From IMG/VR virus record IMGVR_UViG_2534682161_000019: a stretch of 44,580 bases of DNA; one strand, given 5' to 3'. Source of the DNA: a virus. Its lineage: Duplodnaviria > Heunggongvirae > Uroviricota > Caudoviricetes. Shown here piece after piece: positions 36,101-44,580 of the stretch. The notes under the pieces were generated by a model. The model was not told where the DNA came from and ran no database searches. It worked only from the letters and a program-made list of their open reading frames with translations. Within the stretch, counting starts at the first letter, position 1. The number at the start of each line of letters is the position of its first letter. The translations under genes were made by a program, and so were the position numbers.

Positions 36101-36844
36101 ATGACACAGACAGAATCAGCGATTCTGGCGCACGCCCGGCGATGTGCGCCAGCGGAGTCGTGCGGCTTCGTGGTGAGAGCGCCGGAGGGGGAAAGATATT
36201 TTCCCTGCGTGAATATTTCCGGTGAGCCGGAGGCGTATTTCCGTATGTCGCCGGAAGACTGGCTGCAGGCAGAAATGCAGGGTGAGATTGTGGCGCTGGT
36301 CCACAGCCACCCCGGTGGTCTGCCCTGGCTGAGTGAGGCCGACAGGCGGCTGCAGGTGCAGAGTGATTTGCCGTGGTGGCTGGTCTGCCGGGGAGTGATT
36401 CATAAGTTCCGCTGTGTGCCGCATCTCACCGGGCGGCGTTTTGAGCACGGGGTGACAGACTGTTATACGCTGTTCCGCGATGCCTATCATCTTGCAGGTA
36501 TCGATTTGCCGGATTTTTACCGACATGATGACTGGTGGAAATCAGGTCAGAATCTCTATCTGGATAATCTGGAGGCCACAGGGCTGTATCAGGTGCCGTT
36601 GTCATCAGCACAACCGGGCGATGTGCTGCTGTGCTGTTTTGGTTCATCGGTGCCGAATCATGCCGCCATTTACTGTGGTGATGGCGAGCTGCTGCACCAT
36701 ATTCCTGAACAACTGAGCAAACGAGAGAGGTATACCGACAAATGGCAGCGACGCACACACTCCCTCTGGCGTCACCAGGCATGGCACGCATCTGCCTTTA
36801 CGGGGATTTACAACGATTTGGCCGCCGCATCGATCTGCGTGTGA
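36101..36844 (+). CDS. K: tail assembly protein K (lambda gpK; JAB/MPN plus NlpC/P60-like domains)
   Basis: 247-aa ORF; MTQTESAILAHARRCAPAESCGFVV...HSHPGG... matches lambda K; the 3-prime end overlaps the I ORF by ~100 nt, so one boundary is uncertain. Confidence 0.9.
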   Translation: MTQTESAILAHARRCAPAESCGFVVRAPEGERYFPCVNISGEPEAYFRMSPEDWLQAEMQGEIVALVHSHPGGLPWLSEADRRLQVQSDLPWWLVCRGVIHKFRCVPHLTGRRFEHGVTDCYTLFRDAYHLAGIDLPDFYRHDDWWKSGQNLYLDNLEATGLYQVPLSSAQPGDVLLCCFGSSVPNHAAIYCGDGELLHHIPEQLSKRERYTDKWQRRTHSLWRHQAWHASAFTGIYNDLAAASICV

Positions 36845-37413
36845 AAACGGGGGCCGAAGCCATCCGGGCGCTGGCCACACAGCTCCCGGCGTTTCGTCAG
36901 AAACTGAGCGACGGCTGGTATCAGGTACGGATTTCCGGGCGGGACGTCAGCACGTCCGGATTGACGGCGCAGTTACATGAGGTTCTGCCTGACGGCGCTG
37001 TGATTCATATTGTTCCCAGAGTCGCCGGGGCCAAGTCAGGTGGCGTATTCCAGATTGTCCTGGGGGCTGCCGCCATTGCCGGATCATTCTTTACTGCCGG
37101 AGCCACCCTTGCAGCATGGGGGGCAGCCATTGGGGCCGGTGGTATGACCGGTATCCTGTTTTCTCTCGGTGCCAGTATGGTACTTGGTGGTGTGGCGCAG
37201 ATGCTGGCACCGAAAGCCAGAACTCCCCGTACACAGACAACGGATAACGGTAAGCAGAACACCTATTTCTCCTCACTGGATAACATGGTTGCCCAGGGCA
37301 ATGTTCTGCCCGTTCTGTACGGTGAAATGCGCGTGGGGTCGCGGGTGGTCTCTCAGGAGATCAGCACGGCAGACGAAGGGGATGGTGGTCAGGTTGTGGT
37401 GATTGGTCGCTGA
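36742..37413 (+). CDS. I: tail assembly protein I (lambda gpI)
   Basis: 223 aa MAATHTLPLASPGMARICLYGDLQRFGRRIDLRVKTGAEAIRALATQLPAFRQKL..., matching lambda I; start may be the internal Met (MARICLY...). Confidence 0.85.
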   Translation: MAATHTLPLASPGMARICLYGDLQRFGRRIDLRVKTGAEAIRALATQLPAFRQKLSDGWYQVRISGRDVSTSGLTAQLHEVLPDGAVIHIVPRVAGAKSGGVFQIVLGAAAIAGSFFTAGATLAAWGAAIGAGGMTGILFSLGASMVLGGVAQMLAPKARTPRTQTTDNGKQNTYFSSLDNMVAQGNVLPVLYGEMRVGSRVVSQEISTADEGDGGQVVVIGR

Positions 37414-37472
37414 TGAAAAACGTTTATGTGAAACCGCCTCAGGGCGGTTTTGTCGTTTCTGGAGCGTGAGGA

Positions 37473-40400
37473 ATGGGTAAAGGCAGCAGTAAGGGGCATA
37501 CCCCGCGCGAAGCGAAGGACAACCTGAAATCATCCCAGATGCTGAGCGTGATAGACGCCATCAGCGAAGGGCCGGTTGAAGGTCCGGTGGACGGATTAAA
37601 AAGTGTGCTGCTGAACAGTACGCCAGTGCTGGACAGTGAGGGGAATACCAATATCTCCGGTGTAACGGTGGTTTTCCGGGCAGGTGAGCAGGAGCAGACA
37701 CCGCCGGAGGGATTTGAATCCTCCGGCTCCGAGACGGTGCTGGGTACGGAAGTGAAGTACGACACGCCGATTACCCGGACCATCACGTCTGCAAACATCG
37801 ACCGTCTGCGCTTTACCTTCGGTGTGCAGGCACTGGTGGAAACCACCTCAAAGGGGGACCGGAATCCGTCGGAAGTCCGCCTGCTGGTTCAGATCCAGCG
37901 TAATGGTGGCTGGGTGACGGAAAAAGACATCACCATTAAGGGCAAAACCACCTCGCAGTATCTGGCCTCGGTGGTGGTGGGTAACCTGCCGCCGCGCCCG
38001 TTCAATATACGGATGCGCAGGATGACGCCGGACAGCACCACAGACCAGCTGCAGAACAAAACGCTCTGGTCGTCATACACTGAAATCATCGATGTGAAAC
38101 AGTGCTACCCGAACACGGCACTGGTCGGCGTGCAGGTGGATTCGGAGCAGTTCGGCAGCCAGCAGGTGAGCCGTAATTATCATCTGCGCGGGCGCATTCT
38201 GCAGGTGCCGTCGAACTATAACCCGCAGACGCGGCAATACAGCGGTATCTGGGACGGAACGTTTAAGCCGGCATACAGCAACAACCCGGCCTGGTGTCTG
38301 TGGGATATGCTGACCCATCCGCGCTACGGCATGGGGAAACGTCTTGGTGCGGCGGATGTGGACAAATGGGCGCTGTATGTCATCGGCCAGCATTGCGATC
38401 AGTCGGTGCCGGACGGTTTTGGCGGCACGGAGCCGCGCATCACCTGTAATGCGTACCTGACCACACAGCGCAAGGCGTGGGATGTGCTCAGTGATTTCTG
38501 CTCGGCGATGCGCTGTATGCCGGTATGGAACGGGCAGACGCTGACGTTCGTGCAGGACCGACCATCAGATAAGGTGTGGACCTATAACCGCAGTAATGTG
38601 GTGATGCCGGATGATGGCGCGCCGTTCCGCTACAGCTTCAGCGCCCTGAAGGACCGCCATAATGCCGTTGAGGTGAACTGGATTGACCCGGACAACGGCT
38701 GGGAGACGGCAACAGAGCTTGTGGAGGACACGCAGGCCATTGCCCGTTACGGTCGTAACGTCACGAAGATGGATGCCTTTGGCTGTACCAGCCGGGGGCA
38801 GGCGCACCGCGCCGGGCTGTGGCTGATTAAAACGGAACTGCTGGAAACGCAGACCGTGGACTTCAGCGTGGGTGCCGAAGGGCTTCGCCATGTACCGGGC
38901 GATGTTATTGAAATCTGTGATGATGACTATGCCGGTATCAGCACCGGTGGTCGTGTGCTGGCGGTGAACAGCCAGACCCGGACGCTGACGCTCGACCGTG
39001 AAATCACGCTGCCATCCTCCGGCACCACGCTGATAAGCCTGGTTGACGGAAATGGCAATCCGGTCAGCGTGGAGGTTCAGTCCGTCACCGACGGCATGAA
39101 GGTGAAAGTGAGCCGTGTTCCTGACGGCGTTGCCGAATACAGCGTGTGGGGGCTGAAGCTGCCGACGCTGCGCCAGCGCCTGTTCCGCTGCGTGAGTATC
39201 CGTGAGAACGACGACGGCACGTATGCCATCACTGCCGTGCAGCATGTACCGGAAAAAGAAGCCATCGTGGATAACGGGGCGCACTTTGACGGCGACCAGA
39301 GCGGCACGGTGAATGGTGTCACACCGCCAGCGGTGCAGCACCTTACCGCCGAAGTCACCGCAGACAGCGGGGAGTATCAGGTACTGGCCCGCTGGGACAC
39401 GCCGAAGGTGGTGAAGGGCGTGAGCTTCATGCTTCGCCTGACCGTGGCAGCGGACGACGGCAGTGAGCGGCTGGTCAGCACAGCCCGGACGACGGAAACC
39501 ACATACCGCTTCAGACAACTGGCGCTGGGGCGTTATATGCTGACGGTCCGGGCTGTAAATGCCCGGGGGCAGCAGGGTGATCCGGCGTCGGTATCGTTCC
39601 GGATTGCGGCACCGGCAGCGCCTGTCACTATTGAACTGATACCGGGGTATTTTCAGATAACGGCAGTCCCGCGTCTTGCGGTGTATGACCCGACGGTACA
39701 GTTTGAGTTCTGGTTCTCGGAAAAACGGATTGCTGATATCAGGCAGGTTGAAACCACAGCCCGCTATCTTGGCACGGCGCTGTACTGGATAGCTGCCAGT
39801 ATTAATATCAGGCCGGGCCATGATTATTACTTTTATATCCGCAGTGTGAACATCGTCGGTAAATCAGCGTTTGTGGAAGCTGTCGGCCGGCCGGTTAATG
39901 ATGCTGAGGTGTATCTCAATTTTTTTGAAGGGAAAATAAACAGCACCCTGCTGGGGCAGGAGCTGAACGATCGTATTAATGCCTCGGCATTGCGCAGTGA
40001 AGTTGAGCAACTGGAGGATGAGATCAATCAGCAGATAGAGAGTGATATTGCTGAAGTGACCCAAAAAATCGGGGAGACAGAAAACAGCCTCACACAGCTG
40101 GTTGCGAAAAAAAATGATGAGCTGTCACTGGGTATATCACAGGTGAGCCAGAGAGTGGATAACGTCAGCAGCGAACTCACGCAGACGGTCAGTCAGAGTA
40201 ATGAGGAGAATGCACGCCAGATAGCGCAGGTTCGCCAGTATGTGGATCAAAAAAGCAGTGAAATCATGACGACAACGGACCAGAAGCTGGGAGATCAGGA
40301 GGCCACCATCCAGCAGATACAAAAGGTTCAGACGGACACCAGTAATAACCTGAACAGTATGTGGGCCGTGAAACTGCAGCAGATGCAGGATGGTCGCCTT

Positions 40401-41171
40401 TATATTGCGGGTATCGGTGCCGGTATTGAGAACACCCCTGACGGCATGCAGAGCCAGGTGCTGCTGGCGGCAGACAGGATTGCGATGATTAATCCTGCGA
40501 ATGGCAACACAAAGCCGATGTTTGTTGGTCAGGGCGATCAGATATTCATGAACGACGTGTTCCTGAAACGCCTGACGGCTCCCACCATTACCAGCGGCGG
40601 CAATCCGCCGGTATTTTCCCTGACACCGGACGGGCGGCTGACGGCGAAAAATGCCGATATCAGCGGTAACGTGAATGCGAACTCCGGGACGCTCAACAAC
40701 GTCACGATTAACGAGAACTGTCGGGTTCTGGGAAAACTGTCCGCCAACCAGATTGAAGGCGATCTCGTTAAAACAGTGGGCAAAGCTTTCCCCCGGGACT
40801 CCCGTGCACCGGAACGGTGGCCATCAGGGACCATCACCGTCAGGGTTTATGACGATCAGCCGTTTGACCGGCAGATTGTTATTCCGGCGGTGGCATTCAG
40901 CGGCGCTAAACATGAGCGGGAGAATAACGATATTTATTCGTCATGCCGCCTGATAGTACGGAAAAACGGTGCTGAAATTTATAACCGTACCGCGCTGGAT
41001 AATACGCTGATTTACAGTGGCGTTATTGATATGCCAGCTGGTCGCGGCCACATGACGCTGGAGTTTTCGGTGTCATCATGGCTGGTAAATGACTGGTATC
41101 CCACAGCAAGTATCAGCGATTTGCTGGTTGTGGTGATGAAGAAAGCCACCGCAGGCATCAGTATCAGCTGA
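37473..41171 (+). CDS. J: host specificity protein J (central tail fibre/tip attachment, lambda gpJ)
   Basis: 1232 aa; sequence closely matches lambda J throughout as recalled (e.g. ...[58 protein letters not shown]...). Confidence 0.95.
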   Translation: MGKGSSKGHTPREAKDNLKSSQMLSVIDAISEGPVEGPVDGLKSVLLNSTPVLDSEGNTNISGVTVVFRAGEQEQTPPEGFESSGSETVLGTEVKYDTPITRTITSANIDRLRFTFGVQALVETTSKGDRNPSEVRLLVQIQRNGGWVTEKDITIKGKTTSQYLASVVVGNLPPRPFNIRMRRMTPDSTTDQLQNKTLWSSYTEIIDVKQCYPNTALVGVQVDSEQFGSQQVSRNYHLRGRILQVPSNYNPQTRQYSGIWDGTFKPAYSNNPAWCLWDMLTHPRYGMGKRLGAADVDKWALYVIGQHCDQSVPDGFGGTEPRITCNAYLTTQRKAWDVLSDFCSAMRCMPVWNGQTLTFVQDRPSDKVWTYNRSNVVMPDDGAPFRYSFSALKDRHNAVEVNWIDPDNGWETATELVEDTQAIARYGRNVTKMDAFGCTSRGQAHRAGLWLIKTELLETQTVDFSVGAEGLRHVPGDVIEICDDDYAGISTGGRVLAVNSQTRTLTLDREITLPSSGTTLISLVDGNGNPVSVEVQSVTDGMKVKVSRVPDGVAEYSVWGLKLPTLRQRLFRCVSIRENDDGTYAITAVQHVPEKEAIVDNGAHFDGDQSGTVNGVTPPAVQHLTAEVTADSGEYQVLARWDTPKVVKGVSFMLRLTVAADDGSERLVSTARTTETTYRFRQLALGRYMLTVRAVNARGQQGDPASVSFRIAAPAAPVTIELIPGYFQITAVPRLAVYDPTVQFEFWFSEKRIADIRQVETTARYLGTALYWIAASINIRPGHDYYFYIRSVNIVGKSAFVEAVGRPVNDAEVYLNFFEGKINSTLLGQELNDRINASALRSEVEQLEDEINQQIESDIAEVTQKIGETENSLTQLVAKKNDELSLGISQVSQRVDNVSSELTQTVSQSNEENARQIAQVRQYVDQKSSEIMTTTDQKLGDQEATIQQIQKVQTDTSNNLNSMWAVKLQQMQDGRLYIAGIGAGIENTPDGMQSQVLLAADRIAMINPANGNTKPMFVGQGDQIFMNDVFLKRLTAPTITSGGNPPVFSLTPDGRLTAKNADISGNVNANSGTLNNVTINENCRVLGKLSANQIEGDLVKTVGKAFPRDSRAPERWPSGTITVRVYDDQPFDRQIVIPAVAFSGAKHERENNDIYSSCRLIVRKNGAEIYNRTALDNTLIYSGVIDMPAGRGHMTLEFSVSSWLVNDWYPTASISDLLVVVMKKATAGISIS

Positions 41172-41190
41172 ATTTTATAACCCATATACG

Positions 41191-41214
41191 GGCGCCAGAA
41201 ATGGCGCCTTTTTT
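41191..41214 (+). terminator. rho-independent terminator after J
   Basis: GGCGCC-AGAAAT-GGCGCC hairpin followed by TTTTTT. Confidence 0.6.
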
Positions 41215-41238
41215 ATTGCAGAAAAGCGAGAGGTAATT

Positions 41239-41838
41239 ATGCGTAAATTATGTGCTGTTATTTTGTCCGCAGTAGTCTGGCAGATCGCCGCTGCTACGCC
41301 AGCGAGTGCAGCAGAGCATCAGTCCACACTAAGCGGCGGGTATCTTCAGTCCCATACTGATATGCCCGGAAACGATGACCTGAAGGGCATTAACGTGAAA
41401 TACCGTTATGAATTTACGGACACGCTGGGGCTGGTGACGTCATTCAGCTATGCAGGAGACAAGAATCGCCAGCTGACCCGTTACAGTGATACCCGCTGGC
41501 ATGAAGATTCCGTTCGTAACCGCTGGTTCAGCGTAATGGCGGGGCCGTCTGTGCGCGTGAATGAATGGTTCAGCGCGTATGCGATGGCGGGTGTGGCTTA
41601 CAGCCGTGTGTCGACTTTCTCCGGGGATTATCTCCGCGTAACTGACAATAAGGGGAAAACGCACGATGTGCTGACCGGAAGTGATGACGGTCGCCACAGC
41701 AACACGTCTCTGGCGTGGGGAGCTGGCGTGCAGTTTAACCCGACCGAATCCGTGGCCATTGATATTGCTTATGAAGGCTCCGGCAGTGGCGACTGGCGCA
41801 CTGACGGTTTCATCGTGGGTGTCGGTTATAAATTCTGA
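41239..41838 (+). CDS. lom: Lom outer-membrane protein (Ail/Lom/PagC family), lysogen-expressed moron
   Basis: 199 aa with signal peptide MRKLCAVILSAVVWQIAAATPASA; beta-barrel sequence ...[23 protein letters not shown]...GFIVGVGYKF as in lambda Lom. Confidence 0.9.
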   Translation: MRKLCAVILSAVVWQIAAATPASAAEHQSTLSGGYLQSHTDMPGNDDLKGINVKYRYEFTDTLGLVTSFSYAGDKNRQLTRYSDTRWHEDSVRNRWFSVMAGPSVRVNEWFSAYAMAGVAYSRVSTFSGDYLRVTDNKGKTHDVLTGSDDGRHSNTSLAWGAGVQFNPTESVAIDIAYEGSGSGDWRTDGFIVGVGYKF

Positions 41839-41863
41839 TTAGCCAGGTAACACAGTGTTATGA

Positions 41864-41891
41864 CAGCCCGCCGGTTCAGGCGGGCTTTTTT
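41864..41891 (+). terminator. rho-independent terminator after lom
   Basis: CAGCCCGCC-GGTTCA-GGCGGGCT hairpin followed by TTTTTT. Confidence 0.6.
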
Positions 41892-41902
41892 GTGGGGTGA
41901 AT

Positions 41903-43993
41903 ATGGCAGTAAAGATTTCAGGTGTCCTGAAGGACGGAGCGGGTGAGCCTGTCGTAAACTGTGCGATTGAATTGCGAGCCAGAAGAACCAGTCCGACAGT
42001 TGTGGTTAATATTGTGGCAACCTGTCTTACGGGAAGTGATGGCGGGTATACTATTAATGCTGAGCCGGGATTTTATGATGTATTTTTGTCCCGCTCAGGG
42101 CATCCTCCTGTAAAGGCGGGGGAAATTTATGTTGCACCGACAGATGAGCCGGATACGCTGAATGCTTTTCTGGATGCACCAAAGGAGGGTGATTTACGCC
42201 CTGAGGTAATGAAGCGTTTTGAGGAAATGGTAAATACCGTTGTTCGCTTGTCTGAGCAGGTGGTCAGTGACAGGGAGAGAGCAGAAACAGCTGCTGATGA
42301 TGCAATCAATGCAGCAACATCTGCGGCGGTTAGTAAGGATGAGGCAGAAGAGCTAAAAAATCAGACACAGCAGAGCGCCGAAGCTGCAGCCGGAAACGCA
42401 CAGCAGACGGCACAGGATGTGACGACAACCGCAACGGCCCGTGATGATGCGGAACGTTTTGCGGGTGAGGCTGAAAACAGCGCACAGACATCAGGCACAG
42501 CGCGGGACGAATCAGTCGATGCCGCCGAACGTGCCCGCCTTTATCATAATACCGCATCATCAGCAGCGACCAGTTCAGAACTGTCGGCAAATGCTGCGCT
42601 GGGGCACAAAAACAGTGCCGCCGAATACGCCCGACAGGCTAAAGCCAGCCAGGATGCAGGTGCAGACAATGCGCAGGAAGCGAAACAGTACAGGGATGAG
42701 GCGCAGCAGATAGTTGATGACCTGAATGCAACAAATGCCAGCACGACAGAAAAAGGTCTGGTGCAACTCTGTAGTTATACGGACAACGACAGCGAGGAAC
42801 TGGCTGCCACGCCAAAGGCTGTCAAAGCCGTCATGGACGAAACGAAAACAAAAGCGCCACTGGACAGCCCGGCCTTCACCGGCACCCCAACCACCCCAAC
42901 CCCACCGGATGATGCCGCCGGTCTGGAAGCAGCGAACGCAGCGTTTGTGCGCAAACTGCTTGCTGCGCTGGTTGGCTCATCACCGGAAGTTCTGGACACC
43001 CTGAACGAGCTGGCAGCGGCGCTGGGCAATGACCCGAACTTTGCGACGACAATCACAAACGCGCTGGCAGGCAAACAACCGCTTAATGACGTCTTAACGG
43101 CAATCAGCGCACTGACGCAACGGGCAGATAATCTTCTGTACTTCAATACAGACGGGAATGCCTCACTGTCTCTGCTGTCAGAGAAGGGCCGCGCATTGCT
43201 GGCGCATGACACGGCTGAAGCCATGCGCACGGAGCTTGAGCTGAGCGCGGCTGCGACGATGGAACCCCAGAGTGATATCCGTGACCGCACACCGGGCAGG
43301 CTGGCCCTGTCCGGGATGTATGGGTTTGGACAGGCATTCACCAGCGCCGAAGCTCTGTCATTTAACGGACAGGCTGATTTCGTTATATGGCTGCAGACAG
43401 TCACCCCGGGGCGTTATGCGGTCAGTATTGCGGACTCCTCCACGCTGCTGGTGGGCACCACGAAATTTAACGGTATCATTGATGTGATGTGGTCACCGTC
43501 TGATAACGATGGTTCAGACTCAGCGCGTAAATTCAAAACGCTGCTGTACTACAACCAGTATTACGAGGATGAGCACAGCATACATTGTATGCGTTATCGC
43601 TACAGTGGTAACAGCTGGAATGCAACATCAAGCCTTATTGTGTATGACGGCAACTCCCTGGCATATCTGATGTCCTCAACCGCCGGTAATGGTCCGTTCT
43701 CATATTACCAATACCCGGCCGTCGGTGTGCCGATTATGGCGGTATATCAGGGAGAAAGTTTTGGTGAAAATGCTTCTCTGGGACTCGGTGATACTGTGCC
43801 GGGTTCCCGTCTTGGTCCTCTGGCCATGAGTGCACAGGTTAGTGATACAGGGACATACGCATCCTCACCGCAGGTTGTGATTGGCGGTGCCGGTGAATAC
43901 AACTTCCCCGGTCGTTACACGGCGCTTTCGGGCCTGGGTAACAATTATGGTACTCAGCGTGGCTTTATCGGTCTTTTTGTACGCATTGAGTAA
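41903..43993 (+). CDS. stf: side tail fibre protein Stf-like (lambda-like N-terminus, divergent C-terminal distal domain)
   Basis: N-terminus MAVKISGVLKDG.G.PV.NC.I.L.ARR.S.TVVVN... and central ...ATPKAVKAVMDETKTKAPLDSPAFTGTPT.PT...NELAAALGNDPNFATTITNALAGKQP... match lambda Stf; the C-terminal ~250 aa differ. Confidence 0.85.
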   Translation: MAVKISGVLKDGAGEPVVNCAIELRARRTSPTVVVNIVATCLTGSDGGYTINAEPGFYDVFLSRSGHPPVKAGEIYVAPTDEPDTLNAFLDAPKEGDLRPEVMKRFEEMVNTVVRLSEQVVSDRERAETAADDAINAATSAAVSKDEAEELKNQTQQSAEAAAGNAQQTAQDVTTTATARDDAERFAGEAENSAQTSGTARDESVDAAERARLYHNTASSAATSSELSANAALGHKNSAAEYARQAKASQDAGADNAQEAKQYRDEAQQIVDDLNATNASTTEKGLVQLCSYTDNDSEELAATPKAVKAVMDETKTKAPLDSPAFTGTPTTPTPPDDAAGLEAANAAFVRKLLAALVGSSPEVLDTLNELAAALGNDPNFATTITNALAGKQPLNDVLTAISALTQRADNLLYFNTDGNASLSLLSEKGRALLAHDTAEAMRTELELSAAATMEPQSDIRDRTPGRLALSGMYGFGQAFTSAEALSFNGQADFVIWLQTVTPGRYAVSIADSSTLLVGTTKFNGIIDVMWSPSDNDGSDSARKFKTLLYYNQYYEDEHSIHCMRYRYSGNSWNATSSLIVYDGNSLAYLMSSTAGNGPFSYYQYPAVGVPIMAVYQGESFGENASLGLGDTVPGSRLGPLAMSAQVSDTGTYASSPQVVIGGAGEYNFPGRYTALSGLGNNYGTQRGFIGLFVRIE

Positions 43994-44007
43994 TGAGGAA
44001 ATCAGGC

Positions 44008-44580
44008 ATGAAAATCAGAGCGGTGAAAGGTATCAGAAACGCACATTATCTTGAAAATGGTGCGGTTGACTGCGAGGTGTTATTTGAAGGTGAAACGGAG
44101 TTCGCCCTGTATACTGCCATACAGGATGATATGGCCCCGACAGGCCAGCATGTCTGGCAGGAGCTGCAAAGCGGGAAATGGGGCGAAATCGCCCCGTTCA
44201 CTGTCACGCCGGAACTTATTGCAGCGGCAAAGGATGCCAAAAGGCGGGAAATTGAGGCATGGCGCGACAGTCAGGAAAACGTTGAGTTTATTTTCACGTT
44301 TGATGGCCGTCGTTTTGATGGCGGAAAAACCTCGCAGTCACGCCTTGCCCCCGTGGTTGCAGCAGCACAGGCCGGACTGCTTCCGGATGGTTTTTTCTGG
44401 ACTGATGCGGATAATAACAACGTCGTACTGACCAGGGAGAAACTTATTGCGCTGAACGATGCCATGATGGTGGCCATGGTGGCGGAGGGATTTAAAATCC
44501 ACGAACGCCAGCGGGAGATGAAGGAACAACTGAATAATCTGGATGACTTGGCTTCAATTCGAGCGTTTGGCATTTGCTAA
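44008..44580 (+). CDS. putative tail fibre assembly/chaperone-like protein (non-canonical)
   Basis: ATG at 44008 7 nt after GAGGA (track begins at 43993); ~190 aa ending at a TAA at the window edge; downstream of stf where tfa normally sits, but it does not resemble lambda Tfa as I recall it. Confidence 0.35.
   Translation: MKIRAVKGIRNAHYLENGAVDCEVLFEGETEFALYTAIQDDMAPTGQHVWQELQSGKWGEIAPFTVTPELIAAAKDAKRREIEAWRDSQENVEFIFTFDGRRFDGGKTSQSRLAPVVAAAQAGLLPDGFFWTDADNNNVVLTREKLIALNDAMMVAMVAEGFKIHERQREMKEQLNNLDDLASIRAFGIC

Noticed and set aside
36742-36844. Possible programmed overlap or frameshift between K and I
   Set aside because: The ~100-nt overlap is more simply explained by uncertainty in the true I start (internal Met) or K stop; no slippery sequence seen.
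38565-39821. 418-aa minus-strand ORF (and many other 60-200-aa antisense ORFs) inside J, H, terminase and capsid genes
   Set aside because: They fully overlap plus-strand genes with strong lambda homology, have Arg/Pro/Ala-rich compositions typical of antisense frames in GC-balanced DNA, and lack RBS. Treated as spurious.

Overview
Almost the whole window is one mosaic lambdoid prophage of an E. coli-like (Enterobacteriaceae) host, entered at its left end and running past the right window edge. All homology calls come from reading the translations against remembered family signatures; nothing was searched or computed, and GC statements are by eye.

Layout, left to right:
- ~1-1370: what looks like the decayed edge of a neighbouring prophage (truncated lom copy), then a terminator hairpin and a 60-nt 3-prime fragment of a serT-like tRNA-Ser (attachment-site remnant).
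- ~1.57-5.9 kb: leftward int and xis, and a large early protein with a C-terminal DnaQ-like exonuclease domain.
- ~7.6-8.9 kb: a Rac-like immunity switch (HTH repressor divergent from Cro-like and YdaT/CII-like genes) with repeated ATGTACT operator motifs.
- ~9-17 kb: replication initiator with iteron-like repeats, Ead/Ea22-like gene, an AT-rich three-gene island, hok/mok type I toxin, DUF968-like gene, RusA and a Q antiterminator.
- ~17-21 kb: moron cargo - a frameshifted CPBP intramembrane protease, a frameshifted DNA methyltransferase, tRNA-Thr and tRNA-Gly, and a TerB-like protein.
- ~21.2-22.4 kb: phage-21-type lysis cassette (pinholin S21, SAR endolysin, Rz/Rz1), followed by a cos-like site.
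- ~22.8-29.8 kb: lambda-type terminase (Nu1-like, gpA-like), gpW, portal, and a fused ClpP-like protease-scaffold-major capsid gene (Gifsy-2-like).
- ~29.8-44.6 kb: an essentially lambda-like tail module Z-U-V-G/GT-H-M-L-K-I-J, then lom, stf and a tail-fibre chaperone-like gene.

No CRISPR array, transposase or stx genes were seen.

Best candidate for an undescribed system: the AT-rich three-gene island at 12.76-14.33 kb, which has its own near-consensus promoter and ends in a 4-TM membrane protein. I propose it as a candidate defence/abortive-infection module; this is inference from architecture, not homology.
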